A stretch of DNA of 64,000 nt from Eledone cirrhosa (Eukaryota), in contig OZ024742.1 of the NCBI GenBank assembly GCA_964016885.1, forward strand, positions 16,120,001-16,184,000, read 5' to 3'. Under the pieces are notes generated by a model. It did no database searches. It had not been told where the DNA came from and saw only the letters and a list, made by a program, of their open reading frames with translations. How positions within the stretch are numbered: position 1 is the stretch's first letter; the number at the start of each line of letters is the position of its first letter. The translations under genes and the position numbers were made by a program. This document shows positions 11,971 to 28,786 of this stretch, piece after piece.

Positions 11971-12499
11971 GTGGGAAAATGAGGGAGTAAGTGTTTTATA
12001 AACTGGTTACATGGAAGGAAACGAATCTACCAATTTTCTATCTATCCACACACACACACACACACACAGAGTGGCGGACTGGGTCTGAAAATATAGGTTG
12101 CCAAGAGAGGAAGGGGGTCCACCTACATATAGAATGCTATCATTTAATTTTTATAATGAATCAATATCATTTTCGAAAAATACATATGTGGAAACAAAAC
12201 AGTGCCACCAAATTTTTGCGGAAAAAATCTTACCTTCTCCAATAAAAAACATTATGTATTTTTCGAAACCCAGAGACTTTCAATAATGACCAGAATAGCT
12301 AGCTCTAGGAAAGCAATGAGCGACACCACATCTTTTAAACTTTTCATTATACTTTTGTAGCTGTCTCGGTGGCCTACTTGGAGGAACCATAGACGGTGGT
12401 GATCCTGGTCTGAAGTCCGAAACTGGTCGGGAGTAGTGTTCCCGGTAAACCTTTTCATTTTTTTTTTATTGACTGCAAAATTAGAACTGAAAAATGTTA

Positions 12500-12580
12500 C
12501 ATGTACCTCTTGACCAAGATTGAACCCAAGGCCATGATTTCCATCGTCTCTAGTACCTACCGATAGGCCACTGAGACAAC
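12500..12580 (-). mobile_element. tRNA-like head of a second SINE family (partial paralog 13768-13890)
   Basis: Minus strand has A-box-like TGGCCTATCGG and B-box-like GGTTCAATC. Confidence 0.4.
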
Positions 12581-12924
12581 TACGAAAATATTAAGTAAAT
12601 TCATACTTATAAACCTACTTTCAAAATGTTCAAAACAAAGTGTTGCGGTGTCGTTTATGTCTTTCTTAGTGTTATTGCTCCTACTTAAGGTCGACTTCTA
12701 AATCATTTGGGTTTTCCATAAACTACATCCTCATTTTGTTTCACATCTATCTAGACTATATTTTAACCTGTAATCCATGTTTCATTTCTGTTGAACTTCA
12801 TCCCCCCCCCCCTACATTCTCTCTTTCTCTCTGTGATATTTGAATCTACTATGATTTGAGCCTACTTTATTCATATATGTATATATGTTTTTGCATGCCA
12901 GATTCAGTTTAAAATGATTGGCAT

Positions 12925-12957
<33 letters not shown>

Positions 12958-13172
12958 GTTAAAAATGTACATCCACATATGTATACTGAAATACTAGTAT
13001 GCATATGAATACACACACGTATACATATGTAGATGTACCGAGTTTTTCACTGGTCACTTTACTGTGAGTGTCCAGCTATTCTGTATGTAAACACACAGAC
13101 AAACCGGTTTTTAGAGTCATACTGGTTTTTGAGGAAACACCTTTCCTCTATTCTCCAGAAAGCCAGACAAGG

Positions 13173-13217
13173 AATATTGAACTAGTTTCGATGTTGTTAC
13201 ATCTCATCAGCAATATT
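13173..13217 (-). ncRNA. Minimal type I hammerhead ribozyme
   Basis: Reverse complement of 13371-13415. Confidence 0.85.
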
Positions 13218-13370
13218 TACCTATCTTCCGGCCTTTCTAGAGAATCGTAAAAGCACATATCGTTATATGCTTTTTCTATGCAAATTAGTCTGCCCACTAC
13301 TAATTTTCATAGAAAAAGCATATAACGATATGTGCTTTTACGATTCTCTAGAAAGGCTGGAAGATAGGTA

Positions 13371-13415
13371 AATATTGCTGATGAGATGTAACAACATCGA
13401 AACTAGTTCAATATT
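13371..13415 (+). ncRNA. Minimal type I hammerhead ribozyme
   Basis: aatattg CTGATGA gatgt-aaca-acatc GAAA ctag TT caatatt. Confidence 0.88.
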
Positions 13416-13892
13416 CCTTGTCTGGCTTTCTGGAGAATAGAGGAAAGGTGTTTCCTCAAAAACCAGTATGACTCTAAAAACCGGTTTGTCTGTGTGTTTA
13501 CATACAGAATAGCTGGACACTCACAGTAAAGTGACCAGTGAAAAACTCGGTACATCTACATATGTATACGTGTGTGTATTCATATGCATACTAGTATTTC
13601 AGTATACATATGTGGATGTACATTTTTAACTTAATTGTTTAAACGTCAGTCATACAAAAGTGAGTTACAAACGAAACGAAATTTAATTTCGTTTCGTTAT
13701 TTGTTTTTATATATATACTACCAATACTGCCAATCCACAGATATATATACCTACCGATATATATATATACCTACCGATAGGCGACAGAGACAGCTACGGA
13801 AATCTTAAGAAAATTCATACTTATAAACCTACTTTCAAAATGTTCAAAACATGTTTTTGCATGTCAAATTCAATTTACAATGATTGGCATTG

Positions 13893-13927
<35 letters not shown>

Positions 13928-13955
13928 ATATAATATATAGTTAGAGAGGCATATG

Positions 13956-13986
<31 letters not shown>

Positions 13987-14033
13987 ATATATATATATAT
14001 ATGTGTGTGTATATATATATTAGTTAGAGAGGC

Positions 14034-14088
<55 letters not shown>

Positions 14089-14299
14089 TTTTTTATTTTT
14101 AATCGCGTGTCAGTTCTTTCGTTGCTACGGTCCCCGCGTCTGAATTACCGGTCGCTATCTTCAATTTGCAAAGCCCTTTAAACGGAATGTTATTACTCTA
14201 AGGTTTTATACCTTATCGAGTGCTTAGCTGCACTTCCGATTCCGATTGCATTCGTTGGCTTAGCTGCGGCTCGAGCTTCGAGTATGCTGTAATTCCATT

Positions 14300-14353
<54 letters not shown>

Positions 14354-14581
14354 CATACATACATATATACAGTGCGGACTAGGTCTAAAAATATTGGTTG
14401 CCAGATGAAGGGGGCCTACTTACATATAGAATGCTATCTTTTAATTTTTATAATTAATAAATAACATTTTCAAAAAATGCATAAGTGGAAAGAAAACAGT
14501 GCAATAAAATTTTTGCGGAAAAATATCTTTCCTTTTCCAATAAAAAATATTATGTATTTTGCGAAATCCAGAGACTTCAAT

Positions 14582-14765
14582 AATTCTTTCTACGTTAGGC
14601 TCAAGGCCAGCAATTACCCAGTGTATTACTGGTACTTTATTTTATTGACCCCGTAAGGATGAAAGGCAAAGTTAACCTCGGCAGGATTTGAACTCAGAAT
14701 GGCAAGGGCCGTAACTCTATGCGTCAAAGCATGGCGTCCGACCCTCTACCAATACTGCCAATCCA
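14582..14765 (-). mobile_element. tRNA-derived SINE (octopus OK/Meta-like)
   Basis: A box TGGCAGTATTGG, B box GTTCAAATCC, core CCTTTCATCCTTACGGGGTC; 13-bp TSD cagagacttcaat (14569-14581, 14766-14778); empty paralogous site near 12271. Confidence 0.85.
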
Positions 14766-14920
14766 CAGAGACTTCAATTATGACCTTTGGTCTTTCACAC
14801 TCACTCAATATATATAGGAGGGCGACTGGCCGAGGTGAAGACAGCTAGTTGGTCAGTCGTCCTCTCTCTCTCTGATTTTTCGGACCCATGGTTTTTACAT
14901 ATTCCTTTGTTATATTTCAA

Positions 14921-14978
14921 ATACCTGATGATATCACCGGATTCATATGGAACCCAGTCATTGAAATGATCATAGTAT
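14921..14978 (+). ncRNA. Type I hammerhead ribozyme (imperfect stem II)
   Basis: atac CTGATGA .. GAAA tgatca TA gtat. Confidence 0.65.
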
Positions 14979-15171
14979 AATAAACCTTTCAAGGATTTAC
15001 ACCAATCCAGCCTCCTGTTATTTTTATTTATAATTAACTCCGTACTCGCACCACCAACTACACAAACGAAGACGGGTGAACTGCACTACGTTGAGTACTC
15101 TCCACAATATTACACCAAGATTGACCATACGGAATGACCAAATCTATCCAGTGGTGAACCAACAAACCTAA

Positions 15172-15286
<115 letters not shown>

Positions 15287-15292
15287 CGTGTG

Positions 15293-15346
<54 letters not shown>

Positions 15347-16181
15347 CATCACCTTCACCACTAATTGATTTGACAGATGTCTTTAACCCATTGATACTAA
15401 ATACTATTTCGTCAGTAGTTTGTGTGTAAGTATATATATAGAGAGAGGGAATAGGACTGGCTGTATAGTTGCAGGTTAAGGTAGCTTAAAATGGAATGAG
15501 AATAAGAAGAAAGCAAGAACATGGGCGGGAGGGGGGGGGGGGTGTCCCCATCAGTTGTCTACTGGGGGTCTCGGATATTTCAACACTTTAAAGACAAGAT
15601 ATCTACCCCGAGAGCGTTGAATAACTGGGTAAGTTATTGGGAAAACGCAGGAGGAAGCGAAGGAAAATAGAAGGGAAAAGGGAAGAAAAGAGAAAACAGC
15701 GAAAAAAAACAACAAGCCGCTTGTGTGTCTGTGTCTATATATGTATGTTTGCATGAATGAATGAATAGACTAAGTTTTAGATTTAGTAGAATGTACAACC
15801 GCTGATTCCAGCTATTTTTACTATCGTATATTTTGGTTTCTAGTAATTCCCTGGGGATTTGTTTGACCAAATGTTTTGCTTATTTAAAAAAGGTGTTATT
15901 CTTTTTCTTAGATTTCAGGTATTTTTTGAAAGCAAAAAATTGACCTTTAAAATACTACAGTGGGCCCTGTAATGCTACTGTGGGCTCTTGCAATGCTACT
16001 GTCGGCTCTTGCAATGCTACTGTGGGCGCCCTGGGGCCCATTTGTCATTGGGCAACCTGGCAACCTGGCCAGTTCACCACTTCACACACAAACACACACA
16101 CATATATAGATCAGGAACGAAGGGTGCGTGCATGCAACGCATGCAGTGCATGCATTATAGAATTTTGAGTTGATCAATTGC

Positions 16182-16465
16182 GTCGGTTGAAGCAAGCAGA
16201 ATTTTGGCTGCTTACTAAATCGTAGACACATAAAAAATAACACACAAACACACAAACACACATACACGCAAACACACGACAGTGTCGGTTGAAGCAAGCA
16301 GAATTTTGGCTGCTTGCTAAATCGTAGACACATAAAAAGATAACACACACGCGCACACACACATACACACAAACACACGACAGCGTCGGTTGAAGCAATC
16401 AGAATTGTGGCTGCCTGCTAAATCGTAAACACATAAAAAGATAACACACACGCACACACACACAA
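16182..16465. repeat. ~101-bp tandem repeat, 3 copies
   Basis: gtcggttgaagcaa at 16182, 16283 and 16385. Confidence 0.8.
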
Positions 16466-16819
16466 ACTACATAACACTACATGTGGCTTTGACCGGGTGG
16501 GTCATTTAGAGGGAATTCGGGGGGGGGGGCTGCACACCCCACTTTCCGCAATGGCGATTGGACTGCATGCCCTGCTTCCCAGGTTACCCTTCGCCACTGA
16601 TATAGATAGATATAAAGTCCTTGGCACAGAAGTATATAGTTAAACATGATTGGAATGAGACTTTACCGATCATTCATTTTTATCTTTTAACTATTTAATA
16701 TTTAAGGTCTAAATAATCGACAGAAAAGTGTCATTCTAATAATTTGTATGTATGTATGTATGTATGTATGTATGTATGTATGTATGTATGTATGTATGTA
16801 TGTATGTATGTATGTATGT

Positions 16820-17095
16820 CAGGTCACCAGTTGGTGCTACTGATAACATGTATCCCAGTACAACCTGTCTCATGGTCGGGTCGTTGGCGACTAAACTGGC
16901 AACCCCACCAAGGTTTCTTGGTGAGGAGGGTGACTTTGGACATCCTGCAGGACTAAAAACAAAACCTGTCAAAAGGCAAAGGAGCTCTTAAGAGTCAATG
17001 GCCATCCAAAATCACCGGGAGAGATGACCCTTAGCCTTTTTCAAGGCAGAATTCTAGGAGAAGGAAAACTCTGATATAACACCTGCAACCCTGAT
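16820..17095 (+). mobile_element. Possible RTE-clade LINE 5'-UTR fragment
   Basis: GC-richer block with CTAGGAGAAGGAAAACTCTGA, a motif I recall from RTE 5' UTRs; no ORF. Confidence 0.3.
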
Positions 17096-17518
17096 GGTAT
17101 CCAATGATGTTGACTTGTTCTTCTTTTTGGTAAATATCATCTTGGTTAAGAGAGTGGGACTGGCTTTGTGCAGTGCCTTTGCTCACTATAAAAGCTTCAC
17201 GGCACAGGCATTGCTTTATATCTGGAGATCTCTCTGCACTTGTCGTCACATGGTACCATGGGCCCAGCACTATGTGTCAATAATTGTCACAAGTGTAGTG
17301 TTTGTACCAGAGTTTTCAAGTCGCTGGCTGGACTAAAAAGTCACACTCGTACAGCGCATCGGTAGGGGTTCTCCTACATGGATATAAAGTAGTGGCCGTA
17401 CTCGAAAACGAGTTGGCAGCCACCATGTATGTATGTATATATGTATGTATTTATGAATGTATTTGTATACAACATGGTGGAGAGTGTGAAAGATGCACAC
17501 ATATATGTATATATATGT

Positions 17519-17573
<55 letters not shown>

Positions 17574-17596
17574 TGTATATATATATATAAATACAT

Positions 17597-17652
17597 ATGA
17601 CCTGATGAGGTCATAGCCATTCAATGGCTATCATCGAAATAAATATAGCAGT
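17597..17652 (+). ncRNA. Hammerhead motif with degenerate stem I
   Basis: CTGATGA ggtcatagccat-tca-atggctatcatc GAAA taaata TA gcagt; related to 19195. Confidence 0.5.
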
Positions 17653-17702
17653 AAATAAAGGATTATGAGTTCATGCAATTGACTTATGTTTCGTCACTAT
17701 AA

Positions 17703-17760
<58 letters not shown>

Positions 17761-19194
17761 ATAATAATAAATTTGAAGACTGAAATCCAAAGAGGGCTCG
17801 ATAAGGATAAATATATATCAAATATATAAGAACCGTAGAGCAAATATTTATTAAAATAACAGATTAAAGTTTAAGTAAAGAATCGCTGCTTTCACCCTTA
17901 ACGGGAGTAACAACACAAGAAGATGTGAACTCCCCTCAAGCTATAGGGACTTCTCCAGAACATGTAGACACCTCTCGGCCAGACCACCCTCAAGCTATAT
18001 GGGCAGTAACAACACCCTAGGTTGAGAACTCCCCTTAAGCCATAGGGAACAACCCAGGCTGAGCAGACACCATGATAGCCTAGAGATATTATCGGACACA
18101 GCCATTATAATTTGGCCAACATCTATATAACACAAACACATTTTAATTTACTTGATTTCTGATTTTCAATTTCCAATTTAAAATCTTGATTTCTCTTTAT
18201 TAATTTGTTATTTTGTTATTTGTTTTCTGTTCTCTTCACTGTGTCTCCTTATATTTATTTTTAAGTTGAGGTTGATTATAACACAAACACATTTTGTTTG
18301 ATTATCTTATTCTTTTATTATTTTAACATCTTGTTCCCATACCAATCTATCCAACATATTTCTGACCCTGAGATTGGTTATAGCACACACACACTTTATC
18401 CTACTTTATTTGAATCTTCATTTTATTTTTCACTTCTCCATATTCATTTTCATTACTTTTTCACCAATTTTTCATTCATTCTTTATTCTCTATTTATTAT
18501 TTATTTTCTGTTTTCTTCATTTATTGCCTTATATTTCTTCATGTACATGGAATAGCTCCCCCCCCCCCCCCCCCCCACCACCACCACGGGAGATGGTGGC
18601 AGGAGGGATGAAGAAAAAACACACACAGATACTTCTAAATTGTCAGCAGCAGCAAGACATAAGCTGACCACAACAACAACAACACTACCGAAATAATGGT
18701 AGAGGTCAAATGTACTTAACAATAGCAAACACAAACACTACAGGGGGACTCACCCCAGAAAGAATTTCTATAGACTTCTGACTGAGGAATGCTCTCAAAA
18801 CTGACCAATGAGAAGTTTGACATTTTTTTGTTACTTTGTTCCTTTACCACCTTGTTCCTTCTACCACTTTATCAATTTTTTAAGCTAACTCCAACAATAA
18901 CAACACTACCAACACAAGAATTGAGGTCAGATGTATCTAACAATAACAAGAACAACAACTACAGATTGGCTTGCCTCAGAACGAACTTCTATAGACTTTT
19001 GAATGAGGAATGTTCTAACAACTGACCAATGAGAGGAGAAGAGGCCCTTTGACACTGAAATTCGTTTGTTTGAATTCATATGATTCCAGTTCCTCAGTGA
19101 AATAACAACCCAACCAGGAACTGGGCATATCAGAGTATTGACAAAATTATACACCTCAACAACATATGTACTTGTCTATACCACACTAATTCGG

Positions 19195-19249
19195 ACTGCC
19201 CGAAGAGGTCACAGCCAAAGATGGCTGTCACCGAAATATAGATCGCAGT
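19195..19249 (+). ncRNA. Type I hammerhead ribozyme (CCGAAGA core)
   Basis: actgc CCGAAGA ggtcacagcc..ggctgtcacc GAAA tataga TC gcagt; paralog at 39630 has the canonical core. Confidence 0.75.
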
Positions 19250-19322
19250 AATAAACGAAGCTAAATTTTAAACATTTGACTTATTTATTTTACTTTATTT
19301 TATATATATATATATATATATA

Positions 19323-19627
19323 TTATGAAGAGAGAAGAAACATTTAGATATAATTAGTAATAAAATGTATCATACCTAAACTGCTCCTAAATTCCTCGAC
19401 TACGTAGTTTCGTGGCATAAAGAAAAACAATATATCATAAAGATATAGAGTCCTTGCGAGGTCTGCCGACTTATCAAGAGGATACCTCATTTTACTAGTC
19501 TCAAGAACGCGTCTACACGACGTGAGAAAGAATCCCAAAAGGCGGAGGGGGAGATAGTCACGCGATATAACGGTCGAGAAACAGAGCTAAGCCTCTTATA
19601 ACCCCGAAGAAAATACCACGGAGGGTA
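19323..19627 (-). mobile_element. Partial copy of the 592-bp retrozyme family C (HHR at 19393-19482)
   Basis: Reverse complement of ~42490-42790. Confidence 0.85.
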
Positions 19628-19753
19628 TATATATATATATATATATATACATACACATGCAGAGAGAAGCGGACGTAAAAGTATGATGATGATGATGATG
19701 ATGATATATATATATTACATATATACTTTATAAAACTCTCATGAAGAAACAAA

Positions 19754-19826
<73 letters not shown>

Positions 19827-19889
19827 CACTAAATTGGTAGAAAGAATTTGTGATATATAAATATTTATTATATTGACTATAATGCCATC

Positions 19890-22790
<2,901 letters not shown>

Positions 22791-22848
22791 ATATATATAT
22801 ATACAAAGATATTAAATAAATGGAAACTATATTTATAAAACCATATTT

Positions 22849-22910
22849 ATTTTATTATATATATTTCAAGTGTACCAAAACACTTTGGTACGCTTTCTTC
22901 AGATAAGATA
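22849..22910 (-). ncRNA. Type I hammerhead ribozyme
   Basis: Minus strand: tcttat CTGAAGA aagcgtaccaaa..tttggtacactt GAAA tatata TA ataaaa. Confidence 0.75.
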
Positions 22911-23519
22911 CAAAGTTTGTTTTATAAATAGAGACATATCCAGGAAACCATTCTCTGGAATGAGAATATTCTCTGGATATTCTCTATCCAGAGAATATCC
23001 AACTGATAAGGTTCATCAGGTTCAAAAAACGTGGTTTTGCTGACTCCTAACCAGTAGAGGATGTGGTGGACAATCCACTTTGGGGACCAAAAACTATGGG
23101 TGGGTGTTGTTGCCCATTGGCCATTGGCACAGGGTGTAGGGAGCCCTACAGGGGTTGGGGTGGTGGGGGTTGGGGGTGGAACCCTGCCAATTTCATGTAT
23201 CTTGCCAGTTCATTAGAGCTTGCCCAGTATGTGAAGAACTACGGGAGTGGACCTATGGGGGCGGTGTGTGTGAAAAAGTATAAGGCGGTGCTACCCTATC
23301 ATAGGGGTGCCAAAATTACTACTAAGTTTATCCCGGGGTAACCACAGTAAGTAAGGTACTCAATATATAGCAGAGGAGCAGAGTATAAATATTTAATATA
23401 GAAATGGCTACTACAAGACTAGAACTGTTTCATTCGGGAGAAATCATCATGATTTCTCCCGAATGAAACAGTTCTAGTCCTGTAGAAGCCATTTCTGTAT
23501 ATATTTATAAATATATAAA

Positions 23520-26105
23520 TATATAAATATATAATTGAAAAAGTGGAAAATAACACATGGTCAACAGTACAAAAAATGGGATTTATTTGCAGTCTAACAA
23601 TTGTTTTACTGATAGAGTTGCCTATAAATGGCTGAACACTAAAAGCAGTGCCACTCAATTTTAAATACGATGTTAACTCTATCAGATCTTCGGAAACTGT
23701 TAAAAAATATATATGTAACCGGCAAATTTACAAATTCAAATTACATCATCAATAATAATATTAATAATAAGTGTAGTATATATTCGTATGGGGGAATTCT
23801 ACTGTGTGTGTGTGTGCGCGTGTGTTGTTGTCTCGCTTGTGTGTGTGTGTGCGTGTGTTGTTGCCTCGTTTGTTTAAACCAACCACCAAAGCGAAATGAG
23901 GTGGTTGGTTTAAACAAACGAGCAGCAACACACACCACACACACAAGCGGGACAACAACACACGAACACACACACACGCACAGTAGCATTCCACCATACG
24001 AATATTACTACACTTCTAATACAGACAATCGTGGCAACAACACACGCATACACACGCACACCCACACAAGCGAGACAACAACACACGCACACACACACAC
24101 ACACAGTAGCATTCACCAAACAGGCAGGGAATACTACCACCACACGAATACACTATTCAACACTGCGAATAAAGAAACCAGCACAGGCAGATAATACAAT
24201 AGTTTGACAGCTAACGCCACCCCACTCCACAATTAAAAGAAATATTTCGGTCGCCGACCTCTGCTTGACCGACCCCATTTGGCGCGCGCGCGCTCTGCTG
24301 AATACCTCAGTTATTCAAAACAACGAACAGCAGAAGACACGTATCGATCCTATCCGACAGATAACCCCCCCCCCCCCCCGACCCCCCCCCCCAGTTGATG
24401 GATGTGAATCCGAAATATAGGGACAATTAAATTCATCCCAAAGTAACTCTATCTCGTGTTATTATTTTTATTTTTTACGCTCTTTCCTACGTTCTTCTAC
24501 GCACTATACATCTCATTCTACATTCACTTACATCTCTCTCTCCACCACCGGATCTTGTTACCCAGAGAATTACCAACCTGCATTGTTGAGACTTCCAAAA
24601 CGACCTAAAGAAAATATATCTTATTATTCCACAATGCTTCAAGCAAACTTGAATACTCTCTTATTAATAATAAAGATATAGAGAGAAAAGGAGGAAGAAA
24701 GGGAGATAGATACAGTAAAGAAAGAAAGGAAAGGAAGGAGAAAGAAGAAGAAGAAGGAAAAAGAAAAAGAGAAAGAAGAAAAAGGAGAAATTATTATAGA
24801 TAGAAATATAACGAAAAGATATATAGAAGATGATGGTAGATAGAGGAGAGACAAACATAAGTAGGAATAACGTAGGATAGAAAGAAGAATAGAGGGACAA
24901 ATAAATGAATAAACGTTAATACATGAATAAATGTAAATAAAAAGAAAAGTAGATATATAAAAAATATATGAAAAAATAAATATAAAAAAATATATAAAAA
25001 AATATATAAAAATTGATAAATAAATAAATAAATAAGTTATATCTAATGTGATATAAAATGGTATAAAATGTGAAAAATGAAGAATAAAAATAAATACGTA
25101 AAAGGAGTAAAATGAGTAAAAATGTGCGAACAATATTTAAACATATTAAAATTATTAAGAATTGATTTTGAGAATTGTTGAAATATATGGAGAGATAATA
25201 AGGTGAAAATATGATAATGTTAAATATATTTATGTGTATTGGTTATTTTAATAAATAAATTAATTAGATTGTACCACTTGGATCTATTATGATATCACAT
25301 TATCAACATCATCATCATTATAATTATAATTATAATTGACATCATCATTAAAACCTCTTATATTTACATTCTTATTTTATATATCTCTATTTTTCACTCT
25401 TTATCTTTATATTTCTCTACTTAAATTTATTTAATCTCTGTCATTTTATTTTATCATATAATATAACTTAAAACTAATTAATTTATTTATTAATTAAAAT
25501 AACCAATACTTATGTTTGTCACTCCTCTATCTACCATCATCTTCTATATGTCTTGTTTTTATATTTCTATCTATAATAATTTCTCCTTTTTCTTCTTCTT
25601 TCTCTTTTTCTTTTTCTTTTTCATTCTTCTTTCTCTTTCCTTTCCTTTCTTTCTTTACTGTATCTATCTCCCTTTCTTCCTCCCTTTCTCTCTATATCTT
25701 TATTATTAATATTATTATTGATGATGTAATTTGAATTTGTAAATTTGCCGGTTACATATATATATTTTTTAACAGTTTCCGAAGATCTGATTGAGGTAAC
25801 ATCGTATTTAAAATTGAGTGGCACTGCTTTTAGTGTTCAGCAATTTTTAGACAACTTTATCAGTGAAACAATTGTTAGACTGCAAATAAATCCCCTTTTT
25901 CGTACTGCTGACCATGTTATTCTCTACTTTTTCAATTTTATTACTCCAAGATAAACTTACATAGGAATACAAGTGAAATCATAAACTCGCCATCTACGTA
26001 AACCTCTTGTTGAGTCAAGCAACGCCGTACGCTAAAACTATCCATAATAAGAAGTATTCACAACCTCTAATTGGATTACCTATAACGATATTTTGTTATC
26101 CTTTA
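23520..26105. mobile_element. PLE pLTR-derived insertion with inverted arms, left arm interrupted by a nested insertion (23771-24661)
   Basis: 23520-23770 plus 24662-24875 is the reverse complement of ~25510-25935; 12-bp duplication tattaataataa flanks the nested insert. Confidence 0.7.
25773..25882 (+). ncRNA. Hammerhead variant (CCGAAGA, long stem II); mutated inverted copy at 23590-23699
   Basis: cagttt CCGAAGA t-ctgat..atcag-t GAAA caattg TT agactg. Confidence 0.7.
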
Positions 26106-26289
26106 TATAAATATATATATATATATAACGAAGGAAGTGTGGTAAGGAACCAGATGGACCATAACGCACCAGATTACTCAATACTTAGGGTAGTAGAGTG
26201 GGTAATAGGAAAATGTTCAAGACCCCGACGGCAGAGCTCAAGCCGTTTCGACGCCAAAACGGCTTGAGCTCTGCCGTCGGGGTCTTGAA

Positions 26290-26353
<64 letters not shown>

Positions 26354-26544
26354 GTATTTCAATGACCAGCGTGTATATAATTTTATATTTTACGATGACC
26401 TCCCCTTTCCCTTTTGGGAACAGTGTGAATTTTCTTTTTGAAGGACTACTGGCTTTTCAAATTTAGCTGTCCTTCTAACACTGACGGAGACCATCACTAA
26501 TTATTAATATCGATATAATTTTTTATATCGATATTGCATGGGCA

Positions 26545-26667
26545 TCCACTGATGAGTTATAAGGGCCCGCTTGTGTGTATATCTATGGATTATATACAAG
26601 TTTCTACATAACTTGGACATTATATATCCCAACTTGTAGAAAACTTATAACGAAACGATCGTTTGGA
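26545..26667 (+). ncRNA. Type I hammerhead with ~95-nt stem II domain
   Basis: tcca CTGATGA gttataag..cttataac GAAA cgatcg TT tgga. Confidence 0.75.
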
Positions 26668-26847
26668 AAGAAAGAGAGATTTATTTAATTATGCTTCATA
26701 TAAAATAATACAACCAACTTTCCACGAAATACTGTATAGTTAGCACCCCAAACACTAAATTGGGATTATACTTAGGTATATCCTAATGTTTGTTGAGTGA
26801 GATGGAATTGGTCAGAGTATCGCTTAAAGCTTTCTCTGGTAATGTAT

Positions 26848-26905
<58 letters not shown>

Positions 26906-27030
26906 TGTGTGTGTGTGTGTGTGTGTGTGTGAGTCCCGGGTTCAATTGGAGGTAACCACAGTAAGTAAGGTACTCAATATATTTGTAAAGTATATACAAA
27001 TAGAGTATATTCTAGTCCCGTAAAAGCCGT

Positions 27031-27109
<79 letters not shown>

Positions 27110-27484
27110 CATATATATATTCATTTTGAAACTGGTTAGACAATTACTCAACAGAGTACTCGATACTTGGAGTAGTAGAGTATGGTTATATGAATGAGTC
27201 GGGACCCCGACGGCTGAGCTCTTGCCGTTTCAACAGCTAGTTCCAGACTGGAATTAGCTGTGGAAAGGTAAGAGCTCACCCGAGGAGGTCGCGACTCTTC
27301 ATATATATATGTATATTATGTAAGGTTAGTTACAAAATATCGGATAAAGAGATTATTTACTTGCATGCATATCACCAGCTGTTTTCAAAAGCAATAATAA
27401 TTTTATTCAGAATTAGTAGTATGTTAGTATCATGTCCTTATTTGGAGGTAGTTGAAGAACTAACCACAACTTAATGTGTATACC

Positions 27485-27535
<51 letters not shown>

Positions 27536-27545
27536 ATCTATATTA

Positions 27546-27610
27546 TATTTTATCTGATGAAAGCGCACCATAATTTGACTTGTAGTCCTTGAAATATGTA
27601 TAATGAAATA
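27546..27610 (+). ncRNA. Type I hammerhead ribozyme (same family as 2804)
   Basis: tattttat CTGATGA .. GAAA tatgta TA atgaaata. Confidence 0.7.
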
Positions 27611-28087
27611 AATATGGTTTTATAAATATAGTTTCCATTTGTTAATATATCGTATTTTTACTCCAATAATTTGTTGAGTGCTTTATATCAGTTATAAAAA
27701 TATTTGCTTGTTGTATCCCAACAATTTAAATATAACTTTTACATATATATAAATATATGTATATATGTATGTATATATATATATGTATATATATGTATAT
27801 ATATAATACATATATAGATGTATAACCGTATGTTGATATACCTAAGTAAGTATCTCTTTTGGCATGTTAGGAGATTGTTAAACAGATTGCTACATTGGTA
27901 GAGGCGAATTGCTGGTAGTTGATAATGTATATAGTAACGTTGATGGGGATAGTGATAAGAACTACAACAGCAGCGACAACAACAACAACAACAGTAACAG
28001 CAACAACAACAACATCAGCAACAGCAGCAACACAGCAGCAACAACGGAAACAACATCAACAATGATAATAACTATTATAATAATAAG

Positions 28088-28273
28088 GGCGGTGAATTGG
28101 CAGTATCGGTAGAGGGTAGGACGCCATGCTTTATAGCATAGTTACGGCCCTTTACAGTCTGTATTCAAATCCCGCCGAGGTTAACTTTGCCTTTCATCCT
28201 TACGGGGTCGATAAAATTAAAGTACCAGTAATGTACTGGGTAATTTGGTGGCATTGTGCCTAAAGTAGAAACA
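28088..28273 (+). mobile_element. tRNA-derived SINE (OK/Meta-like)
   Basis: GGCGGTGAATTGGCAGTATCGG..TTCAAATCCCGCC..CCTTTCATCCTTACGGGGTCGATAAAAT. Confidence 0.85.
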
Positions 28274-28502
28274 ATGATAATAATAATCAGTCTCGAACTG
28301 ATCTGCAAAAGAAGAAGAAAGAGAAGAAGAAGAAGTAGTAGAGATTTTCAATAAGTGTAGTCTCTTCTGGGTGTATCGATATATTTTCCAAGTATATCTT
28401 TCGGTACGTAAACCTCTTGGAAACAAAAACGTTTAATTATGAAGCATATTAGTTTAAAATCTTATTTAATGTTATCTTATTTGTGAAAAATATAATTTGA
28501 TA

Positions 28503-28538
<36 letters not shown>

Positions 28539-28715
28539 GTATATATATATGTATATATATATATATACATATATATATGTATATATATATGTATATATAC
28601 ATACATTACATATATACATATATACATATACATATATTCATATATATGTATATATACATATCTATATATATATACATATAATATAAGATCAAAAGATGGT
28701 GAAAAGAGTTCCAAG

Positions 28716-28786
28716 TATTTTATTATACGCATTTCAAAAACAAATATCATCATGGGATGATATCTGCGTTTTCATCAGATAAAATA
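28716..28786 (-). ncRNA. Type I hammerhead ribozyme; inverted, core-mutated copy at ~28877-28948(+)
   Basis: Minus strand: tattttat CTGATGA aaacgcagatatcatc..gatgatatttgttttt GAAA tgcgta TA ataaaata. Confidence 0.8.

Larger units (their letters stand above)
12951..13636. repeat. ~340-bp-arm near-perfect inverted repeat, one hammerhead per arm
   Basis: Arms ~12951-13289 and ~13299-13636; mirrored ORFs 13068-13250 and 13338-13520. Confidence 0.9.

Noticed and set aside
28088-28175. tRNA gene
   Set aside because: A/B boxes belong to a multicopy SINE head with a conserved body; no clean cloverleaf.
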